The position numbers and the translations under genes are program-made. A model generated the notes under the pieces. The model searched no databases. It saw only the letters and a list, made by a program, of their open reading frames with translations, and was not told where the DNA came from. Of a stretch of 64,000 bases of DNA, positions 43,325 to 53,486 are shown piece by piece; positions within the stretch are counted from its first letter, which is position 1, and the number at the start of each line of letters is the position of its first letter. The DNA is from Anaerolineae bacterium (lineage in GTDB: Bacteria; Desulfobacterota; Desulfobacteria; Desulfobacterales; ETH-SRB1), in the NCBI GenBank assembly GCA_035529315.1, contig DATKWZ010000016.1, positions 9,650-73,649 on the forward strand, read 5' to 3'.

Positions 43325-44203
43325 ATGTCTGCAAAGATCATCAGCGGCACTGAGATTGCCAAACAGATACGGGAAGAACTGAAAAAAGAGATAAAGGAAT
43401 TAAAGGAAAAACATGGTGTAACTCCGGGGTTGGCTACAGTTCTTGTAGGCAACGATCCAGCCTCCAAGGTATATGTAGGGCAAAAGGAGAAGTCGTGCAG
43501 CAATTTGGGGATATATTCGGAAAGAATCGATTTGCCTGGAGATATCTCGGAGCAAGAGCTTCTCTCGCAAATTGAGAAATTGAACAAGGACCCGCGGATT
43601 CACGGGATATTGATTCAGCTCCCTCTTCCGAAACAGATCAATGAATCCCGTGTTATATATGCCATTGATCCTGCTAAAGACGTGGATGGTTTCCATCCTG
43701 TAAATGTTGGGAAGATGGTGGTCGGAGAAAAGTGTTTTCTCCCCTGCACCCCTCATGGAATACTGGAGCTTCTGGCCCGTTCCGGTGTGCAAACAGAAGG
43801 CGCCGAGGTCGTGGTTATCGGCAGGAGCAACATTGTTGGGAAACCTGTCCTTAATCTGATGCTCCAAAAACGACCTGCAGGCAATGCAACGGTAACGCTG
43901 TGCCATACAAGAACAAAAGACCTGGCCTTCCACACAAAGCGGGCAGACATCCTGATAGTAGCTACCGGTTATCCCAAGACAGTTACAGGGGACATGGTAA
44001 AAGAAGGGGTTGTGGTTATCGATGTGGGGGTAAACCGGATAGGAAAGACCCCGGAAGGAAAGGCGATTCTGGTTGGTGATGTGGACTTTGAAAGTGTAAA
44101 AGAAAAAGCCGCTGCTATTACACCTGTACCAGGTGGCGTAGGTCCCATGACGATAGTCATGCTGATGAAGAATACGGTTGAATCCGCAAAGAATACAATA
44201 TAA
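43325..44203 (+). CDS. folD: Bifunctional methylene-THF dehydrogenase / methenyl-THF cyclohydrolase
   Basis: GILIQLPLP, DVDGFHP, GRSNIVGKP and PVPGGVGPMT motifs, 292 aa. Confidence 0.97.
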   Translation: MSAKIISGTEIAKQIREELKKEIKELKEKHGVTPGLATVLVGNDPASKVYVGQKEKSCSNLGIYSERIDLPGDISEQELLSQIEKLNKDPRIHGILIQLPLPKQINESRVIYAIDPAKDVDGFHPVNVGKMVVGEKCFLPCTPHGILELLARSGVQTEGAEVVVIGRSNIVGKPVLNLMLQKRPAGNATVTLCHTRTKDLAFHTKRADILIVATGYPKTVTGDMVKEGVVVIDVGVNRIGKTPEGKAILVGDVDFESVKEKAAAITPVPGGVGPMTIVMLMKNTVESAKNTI

Positions 44204-44255
44204 GCTGGTAAACTTAATAACTCAACAGCTTACCAGCTAACTTGGAGGACTGATT

Positions 44256-46211
44256 ATGGGATCAAGAAGATCTCCTATAGGCACGGCGCCTCGCTGTCTA
44301 GGCATTGATTGTGAAGGAAGCACCTGTGTTGCAGAACAGGCCGAGGGCAAGGGTGTTGTTACTTACATGCAACGGGTGAACAATCGCACTATTGAGCCTT
44401 GCCTTTTCGGCAAGGGCGGGACGTGTTGTCGTATTTGTTCCTTTGGTCCGTGCATGATGATCGATGATGTTCCAACATCGATTGGAATCTGCGGGGCCAC
44501 TCCAGCTACTGTGGCGGCGCGTAATTTTTGCCGTATGGTTGCAGGAGGAGCTTCCGCTCACATGGACCACGCCCTTGAGACAACAATGGCATTTCTGGCC
44601 GCGGCCAGGGGAGAATCCGAGTATAAAATCAAGGATGAAAAGAAGCTTTGCGCGCTGGCAGAGGTCTTTGATATAAAGACCGAAAACCGGAGCACTAAAG
44701 ATATTGCTATCGAGCTTGGTGAAAAGGCATTGGCTGAATTCGGAAAGCAGGAAGGAGGCCTCTACTGCATACGTCGGGCCCCTGAAAAGCAGCAGCAAAT
44801 ATGGAAGAAAAATGGGGTTGTCCCGCGTGGCATACAGCGGGAAGTAGTAGAGATGATGCATCGGACCCATATGGGGACCGACCAGGATTATCGCAACCTG
44901 ATTCTTCAGGCCACCAGGTGCGCCCTGGCAGACGGCTGGGCCGGCTCCATGATATCTACCGAACTTCAGGACATCATGTTCGGAACCCCTACTCCGACTC
45001 GATCGCTGGTAAATCTCGGCGTCCTTTCCAAAGACGAGGTCAACGTGGTTGTACACGGTCACGAACCTATCCTGTCTGAGGCCATGGTATTGGTTGCCGA
45101 GGAACCGGAGATGATAGAGGCAGCCAAAAAGGCAGGGGCAAAGGGGATCAATCTGGTTGGTGTATGCTGTACCGGCAATGAGATTCTCATGCGTCACGGG
45201 ATTCCTGTTGCAGGGAGCTTTATCCAGCAGGAGATCGTACTTGCAACAGGCGCTGTAGAGGTAATGGTAGTAGATGTTCAGTGCGTCATGCAGTCTCTTC
45301 CTGCTGTGGCCAAGTGTTTCCACACCGAGGTTATTACCACGTCTGACCGGGCAAAAATCCCTGGCGCAAAACATATAGAAGTACATCATCACAATGCATT
45401 GAAGGCGGCAAGGCAGATAGTCCAACGCGCTATTGACCTGTATCCGAAGCGCGGGGAGATCAATATCCCCAGTCATAAGATGGATGTTGTGGCGGGATTC
45501 AGCCACGAAACCATAAATCACATGCTTGGCGGAACGTTTCGCGCCTCGTACAGGCCTTTAAATGACAATATAATTAACGGCCGCATAAGGGGTTTGGGAG
45601 CTGTTGTTGGTTGCGACAGCGCTCGTGTTCGCTCCGGTTACATGCATACTACAGTGGTCAAGGAGTTGATAGCCAACGATGTTCTGGTTCTTACGACGGG
45701 CTGCGCTGCCACAGCCTGTGGTCGTGAGGGGCTGCTTAGGCCGGAAGCTGCCAGTTTAGCGGGGCCGGGTCTCAGAGAGGTATGTGAAACAGTCGGTATG
45801 CCGCCGGTATTGCACATGGGCTCGTGCGTGGATAACAGCCGGATATTAATCGCTGCAACGCAGATTGTCCGTGAGGGGGGGCTTGGTGACGATATTTCAC
45901 AGATACCTGCGGCAGGTTGCGCACCAGAGTGGATGAGCGAAAAGGCCATAGCAATTGGACAATATTTTGTGGCAAGCGGCGTTTTTGTTGTATTCGGCAG
46001 AACCTTTCCAACGACCGGAAGCAAGGTTGTGACCGATTTTCTATTCAGGGAAATGGAAGAGCTGTACGGCGGAATGTGGGCGGTTGAATCCGATCCGATA
46101 AAGATGGCAAGAATGATGATTGAGCGTATAGAAAAAGGCAGAGATGCTCTCGGTATCCAGGAGAAAAAGAAAAGAGTCCTATTTGACATGGCTATGAGGC
46201 GTGAGCTGTAA
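44256..46211 (+). CDS. cooS: Anaerobic carbon-monoxide dehydrogenase catalytic subunit
   Basis: N-terminal B/D-cluster cysteines (PCLFGKGGTCCRICSFGPC), with HGHEP, VGVCCTGNE and MGSCVDNSR motifs. A GGAGGA ribosome-binding site is present. Confidence 0.95.
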   Translation: MGSRRSPIGTAPRCLGIDCEGSTCVAEQAEGKGVVTYMQRVNNRTIEPCLFGKGGTCCRICSFGPCMMIDDVPTSIGICGATPATVAARNFCRMVAGGASAHMDHALETTMAFLAAARGESEYKIKDEKKLCALAEVFDIKTENRSTKDIAIELGEKALAEFGKQEGGLYCIRRAPEKQQQIWKKNGVVPRGIQREVVEMMHRTHMGTDQDYRNLILQATRCALADGWAGSMISTELQDIMFGTPTPTRSLVNLGVLSKDEVNVVVHGHEPILSEAMVLVAEEPEMIEAAKKAGAKGINLVGVCCTGNEILMRHGIPVAGSFIQQEIVLATGAVEVMVVDVQCVMQSLPAVAKCFHTEVITTSDRAKIPGAKHIEVHHHNALKAARQIVQRAIDLYPKRGEINIPSHKMDVVAGFSHETINHMLGGTFRASYRPLNDNIINGRIRGLGAVVGCDSARVRSGYMHTTVVKELIANDVLVLTTGCAATACGREGLLRPEAASLAGPGLREVCETVGMPPVLHMGSCVDNSRILIAATQIVREGGLGDDISQIPAAGCAPEWMSEKAIAIGQYFVASGVFVVFGRTFPTTGSKVVTDFLFREMEELYGGMWAVESDPIKMARMMIERIEKGRDALGIQEKKKRVLFDMAMRREL

Positions 46212-46251
46212 TAAATATTTAAAAATCAAAAGTGGCTGAATACTTACAGAT

Positions 46252-49200
46252 ATGAAAGAAAGTAAAAAAACAAAAAAAGGGGCTGTCCTCGTCGTAGGCG
46301 GAGGGGTTGCCGGCGTTCAGGCGGCGCTCGACCTTGCTGATCTGGGTTTCTATGTATATCTTATCGAAAAGTCAACTTCAATTGGGGGGGCTATGGCCCG
46401 CCTCGACAAGACCTTCCCTACTAATGACTGTTCCATCTGTATCCTGGCGCCTAAACTGGTTGAGGCCGGCAGGTCACCGAATATAAAGATTATAACAAAA
46501 GCAACCCTGACATCCGTGGACGGAGAGGCAGGCGACTTCACTGCCACGGTTTGCTGTAAGCCACGATACATTAATGAAGAACTGTGCACTGCCTGCGGAA
46601 TGTGTACCATGTATTGCCCCATAGTCATTCCTGACGCTTACAATGAGGGTTTTACTGTAACAAAAAATCCTCATATGGACTATCCCCAGGCTGTTCCTGC
46701 CAGTTTCCATATTGATCCAAAGGAGTGCCTTTTTGTCAACAATCAGACCTGCCGTATATGTGCCTCTACCTGTCAGGCCCAGGCGATCGACCTTGATGCA
46801 AAGGAAGAGACGCTTGACTTGGCAGTAGGCGCTGTAATACTTGCCCCGGGTTATGGCTCGATCAGCGAAGATGTGCTGAGTCGTTTTGGTTACGGCGACT
46901 ACCCTGATGTGCTTACCGGCTTCGAGTTTGAAAGGATGATGTGCGCCTCGGGTCCATCCAATGGAGAAATACTTCGGCCGTCAGATGGAAAGCATCCAAA
47001 ACGTATCGCCATTTTACAGTGCGTGGGTTCAAGAGATGTAACATGCGGCAATGGATACTGTTCATCGGTTTGCTGCATGTATGCCATAAAAGAGGCCACG
47101 GTCGTAAAAGAGCATGCCCCTGATATTGAAATTGTTATTTTCTATATGGAGATGCGGACTCAGGGTAAGGGATTTGACGCTGCTCGCCAAAGGGCCGAAA
47201 AAGAGTATGGCCTCCGATTTGTCCGAGCAAGGGTTGCCGGTGTCCGGGAAGACGGCAAAAACTTAAGGATCCCCTATGTAAACGAAAAGGGGGAGCACAT
47301 AGCCGAAGAATTTGATATGGTGATCCTGGCCCAGGGCCTTGAGTCACCCTCTGATGCTGAATCACTGGCATCTGCCGCTGAAATAGATCTCAATCACTAT
47401 AATTTTTGCAAGACAGGCAACTTTTCACCGCTTGAAACAACCCGGCCGGGGGTTTTTGTGGCAGGCGCTTTCCAGGGGCCAAAGGATATCCCGGACAGCG
47501 TAACTCAGGCATGTGGCGCGGCCGCTCTTGCCTCGGAACTCCTGCGGGATGTTCGTGGAACCGGTGTGGTGAAAAAAGAATATCCGGTCGAAATAGAGAT
47601 AGAAGCAGAACCCCGAATCGGCGTGCTTGTCTGTCACTGCGGGATCAATATCGGTGGCGTGGTGGATGTGCCTGAAGTAATGAAATATGCCTCTACATTA
47701 GACAATGTAGTATATGCGGGCAGGAATCCTTATAGCTGTTCGCAGGATACTCAAACTACAATCAGAGAAAAAATTAAAGAACATGGGTTAAACAGGATAG
47801 TAGTCGCTGCCTGTACCCCTCGTACCCATGAACCATTATTCCAGGAGACACTGAGAGATGCGGGCCTGAACCGTTCTTTATTTGAAATGGTTAATATAAG
47901 AGATCAGTGTTCATGGGTGCATATGCATGAACCAAAAGAGGCAACAGACAAGGCGAAAGAGCTTGTAAGGATGGCTGTGGCAAAGGCAAATCTCCTTGAG
48001 CCCCTTGTTGAACAGACAGTTCCGGTTATCCCAAAGGCGCTTGTTATCGGTGGGGGTGTCTCCGGCATGACTGCGGCCTTAAGTATCGCAGACCAGGGGT
48101 TTGAGTGCTTTCTTGTAGAAAAAGCCGGTCAACTTGGCGGAAATATCGGTAATCTTGTTTTTACTCTTTCCGGAGACGATCCGCATACCCTTCTCAATCA
48201 ACTCAAAAACAGGATAGAACAGGAACCGCTTATACATGTTTATACCAATGCATTTGTTGAAAACGTGTCCGGTTATGTGGGGAATTTTACCACGTCAATT
48301 AACTCGGGTTCCAAGACCGAGGATGTGGAACATGGCGCCATCGTGGTAGCCACCGGCGGCAGACCATACCAGCCCACACAATATCTTTATGGAAAATCAA
48401 AGCAGGTAGTTACCCAGCTTGAACTGGAAAAGATAATCTCTTCTCCTGCCGAGGTTCAGAAGATTCAGGACATCGTTATGATTCAATGCGTGGGCTCACG
48501 TGGGCAAGACCTTGCCTATTGCAGCAAGATATGCTGCATGCAGGCGGTTAAAAACGCCTTGAAGATACTGGAATTAAATTCACGTGCCACTGTATATATT
48601 CTTTACCGGGACATGAGGACCTATGGATTTGCGGAAGACTACTACAGAAAGGCAAGAGAAAAAGGTGTAATCTTCATCCGCTATGAAAAGGATGCTCTCC
48701 CTGAAGTTATTGAAGAAGGCGGAAAGGTCAAGATTGAATTTTTGGACCCCCTGCTTGATGAAAAGATAGCCATTAAACCGGATTTACTGGCATTGAGCGT
48801 AGGGGTTGTGCCAAATGATGTGGAACACCTGGCAAAGGAACTCAAGGTTCCTCTTACCGGTGATAAGTTTTTCCTGGAAGCTCATGCCAAGCTTCGCCCT
48901 GTAGAATTCTCTGTAAGCGGTGTCTATTTGTGCGGGCTGGCGCATTCCCCTAAACCTATCGATGAATCGATTGCACAGGCAAAGGCTGCGGCATCAAAAG
49001 CCGGCGCCTCGCTGGCGAAGGGATTTGTATCGGTGGAACCGATTGTCTCGGCAGTTAACACCGATGCCTGTATCGGCTGCGGCATCTGTGAGAGTCTCTG
49101 CCCATATAGTGCGATCAGAATAATCAGGGTGGGAAAGGGTAAAAAAGCCGAGACGATTTCAGCTTCATGTAAGGGGTGCGGTATATGCGCCTCACATTGC

Positions 49201-49293
49201 CCAACATTTGCCATATCAATGGGGGGCTTCACTAATGAAGAGATAATAGCCCAGATAAGGGCGTTTGGTGGAAATCAGGCAATAAAATCATGA
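46252..49293 (+). CDS. Tandem HdrA-like flavoprotein (two heterodisulfide-reductase-A modules, 1013 aa)
   Basis: Two FAD dinucleotide folds ([16 protein letters not shown] and [16 protein letters not shown]), two QCVGSRD motifs, and a C-terminal 2x[4Fe-4S] region ([24 protein letters not shown]). Confidence 0.9.
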   Translation: MKESKKTKKGAVLVVGGGVAGVQAALDLADLGFYVYLIEKSTSIGGAMARLDKTFPTNDCSICILAPKLVEAGRSPNIKIITKATLTSVDGEAGDFTATVCCKPRYINEELCTACGMCTMYCPIVIPDAYNEGFTVTKNPHMDYPQAVPASFHIDPKECLFVNNQTCRICASTCQAQAIDLDAKEETLDLAVGAVILAPGYGSISEDVLSRFGYGDYPDVLTGFEFERMMCASGPSNGEILRPSDGKHPKRIAILQCVGSRDVTCGNGYCSSVCCMYAIKEATVVKEHAPDIEIVIFYMEMRTQGKGFDAARQRAEKEYGLRFVRARVAGVREDGKNLRIPYVNEKGEHIAEEFDMVILAQGLESPSDAESLASAAEIDLNHYNFCKTGNFSPLETTRPGVFVAGAFQGPKDIPDSVTQACGAAALASELLRDVRGTGVVKKEYPVEIEIEAEPRIGVLVCHCGINIGGVVDVPEVMKYASTLDNVVYAGRNPYSCSQDTQTTIREKIKEHGLNRIVVAACTPRTHEPLFQETLRDAGLNRSLFEMVNIRDQCSWVHMHEPKEATDKAKELVRMAVAKANLLEPLVEQTVPVIPKALVIGGGVSGMTAALSIADQGFECFLVEKAGQLGGNIGNLVFTLSGDDPHTLLNQLKNRIEQEPLIHVYTNAFVENVSGYVGNFTTSINSGSKTEDVEHGAIVVATGGRPYQPTQYLYGKSKQVVTQLELEKIISSPAEVQKIQDIVMIQCVGSRGQDLAYCSKICCMQAVKNALKILELNSRATVYILYRDMRTYGFAEDYYRKAREKGVIFIRYEKDALPEVIEEGGKVKIEFLDPLLDEKIAIKPDLLALSVGVVPNDVEHLAKELKVPLTGDKFFLEAHAKLRPVEFSVSGVYLCGLAHSPKPIDESIAQAKAAASKAGASLAKGFVSVEPIVSAVNTDACIGCGICESLCPYSAIRIIRVGKGKKAETISASCKGCGICASHCPTFAISMGGFTNEEIIAQIRAFGGNQAIKS

Positions 49294-50078
49294 AAACACA
49301 AGTTACCCTTACCACTCTTTACAAGATGAAGAAAAAAGGCGAAAAAATTGTTGCCCTTACCGCCTATGATTATCCGTTTGCAAAGATAGTTAATGATTCA
49401 GGGGTCCATATGATCCTTGTAGGGGATTCAGTAGGAATGGTGGTTCAGGGAAAATCAAGCACCCTGCCGGTTACAATGGATGAAATGATATACCATACCC
49501 GCATTGTGTCAAAAGCCGCCGGAAACGCGATGATTGTCGGTGATATGCCGTTTATGTCTTACCAGACAAGCATAAAAGATGCGATTACCAATGCAGGACG
49601 TTTTCTTAAAGAAGCAGGCGCTGCTGCAATCAAGCTGGAGGGAGGAAGAGCGGTCAGTGAAACAATAAAAGCAATTTCAGGAGCTGGAATTCCGGTACAG
49701 GCCCATATAGGCATTACACCGCAATCTGTTCACCAGATGGGAGGCTACAGAGTTCAGCGCAATGAAGAACAGCTCATGGTAGATGCCCTTGAGATAGAAT
49801 CCGCCGGAGCCTTTTCCGTTGTTTTAGAAGGTATCCCATCCGAAATTTCAGAAAAGATAACTAAAGCGCTTGCAATACCGACAATAGGAATAGGAGCGGG
49901 TCCACATTGCGACGGGCAGATACTTGTGCTGCACGACCTCCTGGGGTTAAATGACAGGCATGTGCCAAAGTTCGTAAAACAATACGCTAATCTGCTTGAT
50001 GATGCGAAAGCCGGAATAAAACAGTATATAGAGGAAGTGCAGGCAGGTAAATTTCCTGCCAAAAAACATTGTTATTGA
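49290..50078 (+). CDS. panB: 3-methyl-2-oxobutanoate hydroxymethyltransferase
   Basis: [26 protein letters not shown] and [14 protein letters not shown] motifs. The start overlaps the hdrA-like stop (ATGA). Confidence 0.95.
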   Translation: MKTQVTLTTLYKMKKKGEKIVALTAYDYPFAKIVNDSGVHMILVGDSVGMVVQGKSSTLPVTMDEMIYHTRIVSKAAGNAMIVGDMPFMSYQTSIKDAITNAGRFLKEAGAAAIKLEGGRAVSETIKAISGAGIPVQAHIGITPQSVHQMGGYRVQRNEEQLMVDALEIESAGAFSVVLEGIPSEISEKITKALAIPTIGIGAGPHCDGQILVLHDLLGLNDRHVPKFVKQYANLLDDAKAGIKQYIEEVQAGKFPAKKHCY

Positions 50079-50081
50079 AAT

Positions 50082-50960
50082 ATGAAACCATCTTTTGCCA
50101 TTATAGGATGCGGAAAGGTCGGCACCACGCTGGGGAAATTTCTTGCAAAGGCCGGCTATAAACCAGCCGGGTTTGCCAGTAAAAGCCTTTCATCTGCCAA
50201 GAGGGCTGCTGAAATTATCGGTTCTGATAATTTCAGCCGGATCCCCTGGGAAATAACAAAAAAGGCCGATATTGTTTTTATAACAACACCTGACAGCGCT
50301 ATAGCCGACACGTGCAACAGCATCTCCCTTCATTCAGGTTTCTGTAAAAATGTTGCGGTACTGCACTGCAGTGGTGCGCTCCCTTCAACTATTTTATCGT
50401 CTGTAAAAGAGTGTGGCGCTTTTGCAGGGTCAATGCATCCTCTCCAGAGCTTTGCTTCAGTTGAAATTGAAAAAAATCCTTTTCAGGATATAATAATTTC
50501 CCTGGAAGGTGAAAAAGAAGCTGTCGGTGAGGCAAAGAAAATTGCAACCGACCTTGGCGCAACCTGCTTTACAATACAAACAAAGGCCAAAACACTTTAC
50601 CATGCTTCGGCAGTGGCTGCATCAAACTACCTTGTAACAGTGATCGGCCTTTCATTAAAGCTTATTGAAGCAGCGGGAATATCAGGCGCATATGCTTTAA
50701 AGGCGCTAAAACCACTAATTGAAGGAACGCTTTCCAATATAGAAAAAGTCGGGATTACCAGGGCGCTCACCGGCCCAATTGCCAGGGGAGATATTGAAAC
50801 CGTAAAAAAGCATTTAGTACAGATAGGTTTAAAGACGCCCGACCTTCTCGGCCTTTACAAGACACTGGGCTTTTATACGGTCGATATTGCGATGGCCGGG
50901 GGCGGTCTTTCAGAATCATCAGCTCAAATGTTGAAAAACATTACAGCGTCTGATTCTTGA
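50082..50960 (+). CDS. Rossmann-fold + DUF2520 domain oxidoreductase (possible PanG-type ketopantoate reductase)
   Basis: IIGCGKVG, HPLQSF, YHASAVAASNYLV and LTGPIARGD motifs. The gene starts 4 nt after panB. Confidence 0.75.
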   Translation: MKPSFAIIGCGKVGTTLGKFLAKAGYKPAGFASKSLSSAKRAAEIIGSDNFSRIPWEITKKADIVFITTPDSAIADTCNSISLHSGFCKNVAVLHCSGALPSTILSSVKECGAFAGSMHPLQSFASVEIEKNPFQDIIISLEGEKEAVGEAKKIATDLGATCFTIQTKAKTLYHASAVAASNYLVTVIGLSLKLIEAAGISGAYALKALKPLIEGTLSNIEKVGITRALTGPIARGDIETVKKHLVQIGLKTPDLLGLYKTLGFYTVDIAMAGGGLSESSAQMLKNITASDS

Positions 50961-51024
50961 TGGACTTAACAGGGAATACGGAATTCTTAATTAAAAATTG
51001 TTTTGATATAACAAGGACGATAAA

Positions 51025-51795
51025 ATGTCTCAGGATTTATTTAAGCCGAAGATACTCGGTTTTTTATGTAACTGGTGCTGTTATACAGCGGCAGATTCAG
51101 CAGGGGTAGCAAGATACCAGTATCCGCCGAATATAAGGGTCATCAGGGTGATGTGTTCAGGAAGGATTGATCCTGTCTTTATCCTTGAGGCTTTTTCCTG
51201 TGGAGCAGATGGAGTCTTTATTGGTGGATGCCACCTCGGGGAATGTCATTACCAGACCGGAAACTATGAGGCACTGGTGGTTGCTGCCCTAACGCGCAAG
51301 TTATTGGAAGAGGCCGGACTCTCAGCAGAAAGATTTCTTCTTGAATGGGCCTCCGCTGCAGAGGGACCTCGCTTTGTGGAGATTATAACGAATTTCACAA
51401 ACAAGATCAAAAGCTTAGGCCCCTTAGGCAAGGCGGAAGGGAAAGACAAGGATGAATTAAGGTTAAAGATATCAGCAGCAAAGTCAGCGGTAAAGCAGAT
51501 GAAGTTGCGAACCATGTTTGGAAATCTTGCAAAGGATCTGCACAAGAAAGGTGATTATTCCGAACAGATTATTCATGATAAGTTGGATCAGAAAGTAGCC
51601 GGTGTCATAAATACTGAAATTGCAAAACAGGAAACATTTCTTCGGATCCAAAAAGATGGTCCGGTCTCTTTTAATGACCTGGAAAAAAAGATCGGCGCAA
51701 CTCTTTCAGAGATCGAGAAATATGTCTCCACCTTCAGCAAAAAAGGGCTGATAACGGAAACTGACGGGTACCTGTCGGTAACGAGTAACGAGTAA
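51025..51795 (+). CDS. MvhD/FlpD-like (methyl-viologen-reducing hydrogenase delta) protein with a C-terminal winged-helix-like extension
   Basis: ILGFLCNWCCYTAADSAG...MCSGRID...GADGVFIGGCHLGECHY is the MvhD part. The extra ~110-aa tail contains GPVSFNDLEKKIGATLSEIEKYVSTFSKKGLI. Confidence 0.85.
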   Translation: MSQDLFKPKILGFLCNWCCYTAADSAGVARYQYPPNIRVIRVMCSGRIDPVFILEAFSCGADGVFIGGCHLGECHYQTGNYEALVVAALTRKLLEEAGLSAERFLLEWASAAEGPRFVEIITNFTNKIKSLGPLGKAEGKDKDELRLKISAAKSAVKQMKLRTMFGNLAKDLHKKGDYSEQIIHDKLDQKVAGVINTEIAKQETFLRIQKDGPVSFNDLEKKIGATLSEIEKYVSTFSKKGLITETDGYLSVTSNE

Positions 51796-51808
51796 CCAGA
51801 AGGAAATT

Positions 51809-52390
51809 ATGGCAATAGACAGAGATGATTTAGAACCTCGGTTCAAATTTGAAGTAGCGGAACTTCCGGAAGGTAAACATGTCAAGGGATGCTATGCGTG
51901 CGGCAGTTGTACGGGCACTTGTCCTGTCAGCCAGGTAATCCCTGAATTCGATCCGCGAAAGATCCTTCATATGATCATGCTTGGTTTGAAAAATCGTCTC
52001 CTTTCATCCGATTTGATCTGGTATTGCACAGGATGCCAAACCTGTGAGTTTGTGTGTCCGCAGGATGTGAACTTCAGCAATGCGATCAAGGCGCTGAGGA
52101 GCATGGCTTTGCGTGACGGCTATGTGGATACGGCCACCCTGAGTAAAATGGGAAAGCTGGCCGTTGTAAACGAGAAATACTGTGCAGGTTGCCTGACTTG
52201 TGTGAGAGTATGCCCGTTCAAAGCGCCTTATATGGAAAAAGGAAGCGGGCTTGCTCATATTGAGCCGGTAAAATGTGTGGCGTGCGGAATATGTGTGGCC
52301 GAATGTCCTGCCGGGGCTATTGAACTGAAAACATCTGAAGACGTAAGGCAGTTTGCCTCATGTGAATTTTTGCTCTCAAGGGAACTATGA
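51809..52390 (+). CDS. HdrC-like iron-sulfur protein fused to a 2x[4Fe-4S] ferredoxin
   Basis: CYACGSCTGTCP...DPRKI...CTGCQTCEFVCP is the HdrC-like part. It is followed by CAGCLTCVRVCP and CVACGICVAECP. Confidence 0.75.
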   Translation: MAIDRDDLEPRFKFEVAELPEGKHVKGCYACGSCTGTCPVSQVIPEFDPRKILHMIMLGLKNRLLSSDLIWYCTGCQTCEFVCPQDVNFSNAIKALRSMALRDGYVDTATLSKMGKLAVVNEKYCAGCLTCVRVCPFKAPYMEKGSGLAHIEPVKCVACGICVAECPAGAIELKTSEDVRQFASCEFLLSREL

Positions 52391-52394
52391 TAAT

Positions 52395-52814
52395 ATGACT
52401 AATTCAAATGAACCGGATATTGTGGCTTTTTGTTGCCATTATACCGCCTATGCATGCTCACAGGATTTGCGGAACTTACCTCGATTGGGGTTTCCGGAGA
52501 ACGTGAGGCTGGAAATTCTGCCCTGCAGCGGCAGGATCAGCATAATCCGTTTGTTAAAAGCATTTGAACAAGGCGCGGACGGAATTTACGTTGCCGGATG
52601 CAAGGATGATACCTGTCACAATATAAGAGGAAGCCGGGTTGCAAAAAAAAGGGTTGATTACGCAAAAGATGTTTTTGACCAACTTAATATAGAACCTGAA
52701 CGGATAGAGATGTTTATGATTTCTCGCGAGCCGAATCGCGGATTTATTGAAGTAGCCAAAGAAATGACCATGCGTATCAAAAAGTTGGGACCAAGTCCTT
52801 TAAAGGGGAAATAG
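52395..52814 (+). CDS. Second MvhD/FlpD-like protein
   Basis: IVAFCCHYTAYA...PCSGRIS...GADGIYVAGCKDDTCHN. ATG 52395 is preferred because the ORF-track start at 52353 overlaps the upstream gene. Confidence 0.85.
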   Translation: MTNSNEPDIVAFCCHYTAYACSQDLRNLPRLGFPENVRLEILPCSGRISIIRLLKAFEQGADGIYVAGCKDDTCHNIRGSRVAKKRVDYAKDVFDQLNIEPERIEMFMISREPNRGFIEVAKEMTMRIKKLGPSPLKGK

Positions 52815-52817
52815 AAT

Positions 52818-53486
52818 ATGATTGTCGGACAGAGAAAACCGATTCAGGAAATTTTCGAAATGTTGAAAGGAATTAAAAAGATCCTGATCCTTGGATGCGG
52901 TGGATGCGTTACGGTCTGTTCTGCCGGAGGAGAAAAGGAGGTTGAAATTCTTGCTTCAATCCTTCGGATCAATAGCAAAAAAACGGGGGAACCGGTTGAA
53001 ACAAAAGAAAAGACTCTTGCCCGGCAGTGCGATATGGAATATCTGGAAGAATTAAAAGATGAGGTTGACAAATATGACGCTGTCCTTTCCATGGCCTGCG
53101 GTGTGGGGGTGAACTTTATGGCTGACATCTATCCAAAAACCATTATTCTTCCGGCTTTAAACACCAGCTTTATGGGTGTTTCAGATGAGCAGGGGGTATG
53201 GTCGGAACGGTGTGCGGGCTGCGGAAACTGTGTTCTTGATAAGACCGGCGGTTTGTGTCCTGTTGCACGCTGTTCAAAGCGTTTGTTTAACGGCCCATGC
53301 GGAGGATCGCAGAACGGGAAGTGTGAAATTAATGCTGATATTGCCTGTGTCTGGCAATTAATATATGATCGCTTAAAGGGGTTGAATCAATTGGAGAAGC
53401 TGCAAGAGATATTTCCCATGAAGGATTGGTCGAGCAGCCTGCACGGAGGTCCCAGAAAAATCGTCCGGGAGGATCTAAAACTATGA
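52818..53486 (+). CDS. metV: Methylene-THF reductase C-terminal-domain (zinc-ribbon) protein MetV
   Basis: GCGGCVTVC and CPVARCSKRLFNGPCGGSQNGKCEI motifs. The gene lies directly upstream of metF and overlaps it (ATGA). Confidence 0.85.
   Translation: MIVGQRKPIQEIFEMLKGIKKILILGCGGCVTVCSAGGEKEVEILASILRINSKKTGEPVETKEKTLARQCDMEYLEELKDEVDKYDAVLSMACGVGVNFMADIYPKTIILPALNTSFMGVSDEQGVWSERCAGCGNCVLDKTGGLCPVARCSKRLFNGPCGGSQNGKCEINADIACVWQLIYDRLKGLNQLEKLQEIFPMKDWSSSLHGGPRKIVREDLKL

Noticed and set aside
44298-45521. 407-aa ORF antisense to cooS
   Set aside because: The + strand frame carries unmistakable CODH motifs across the whole interval. The antisense product has no recognisable features and a skewed composition typical of a shadow ORF.
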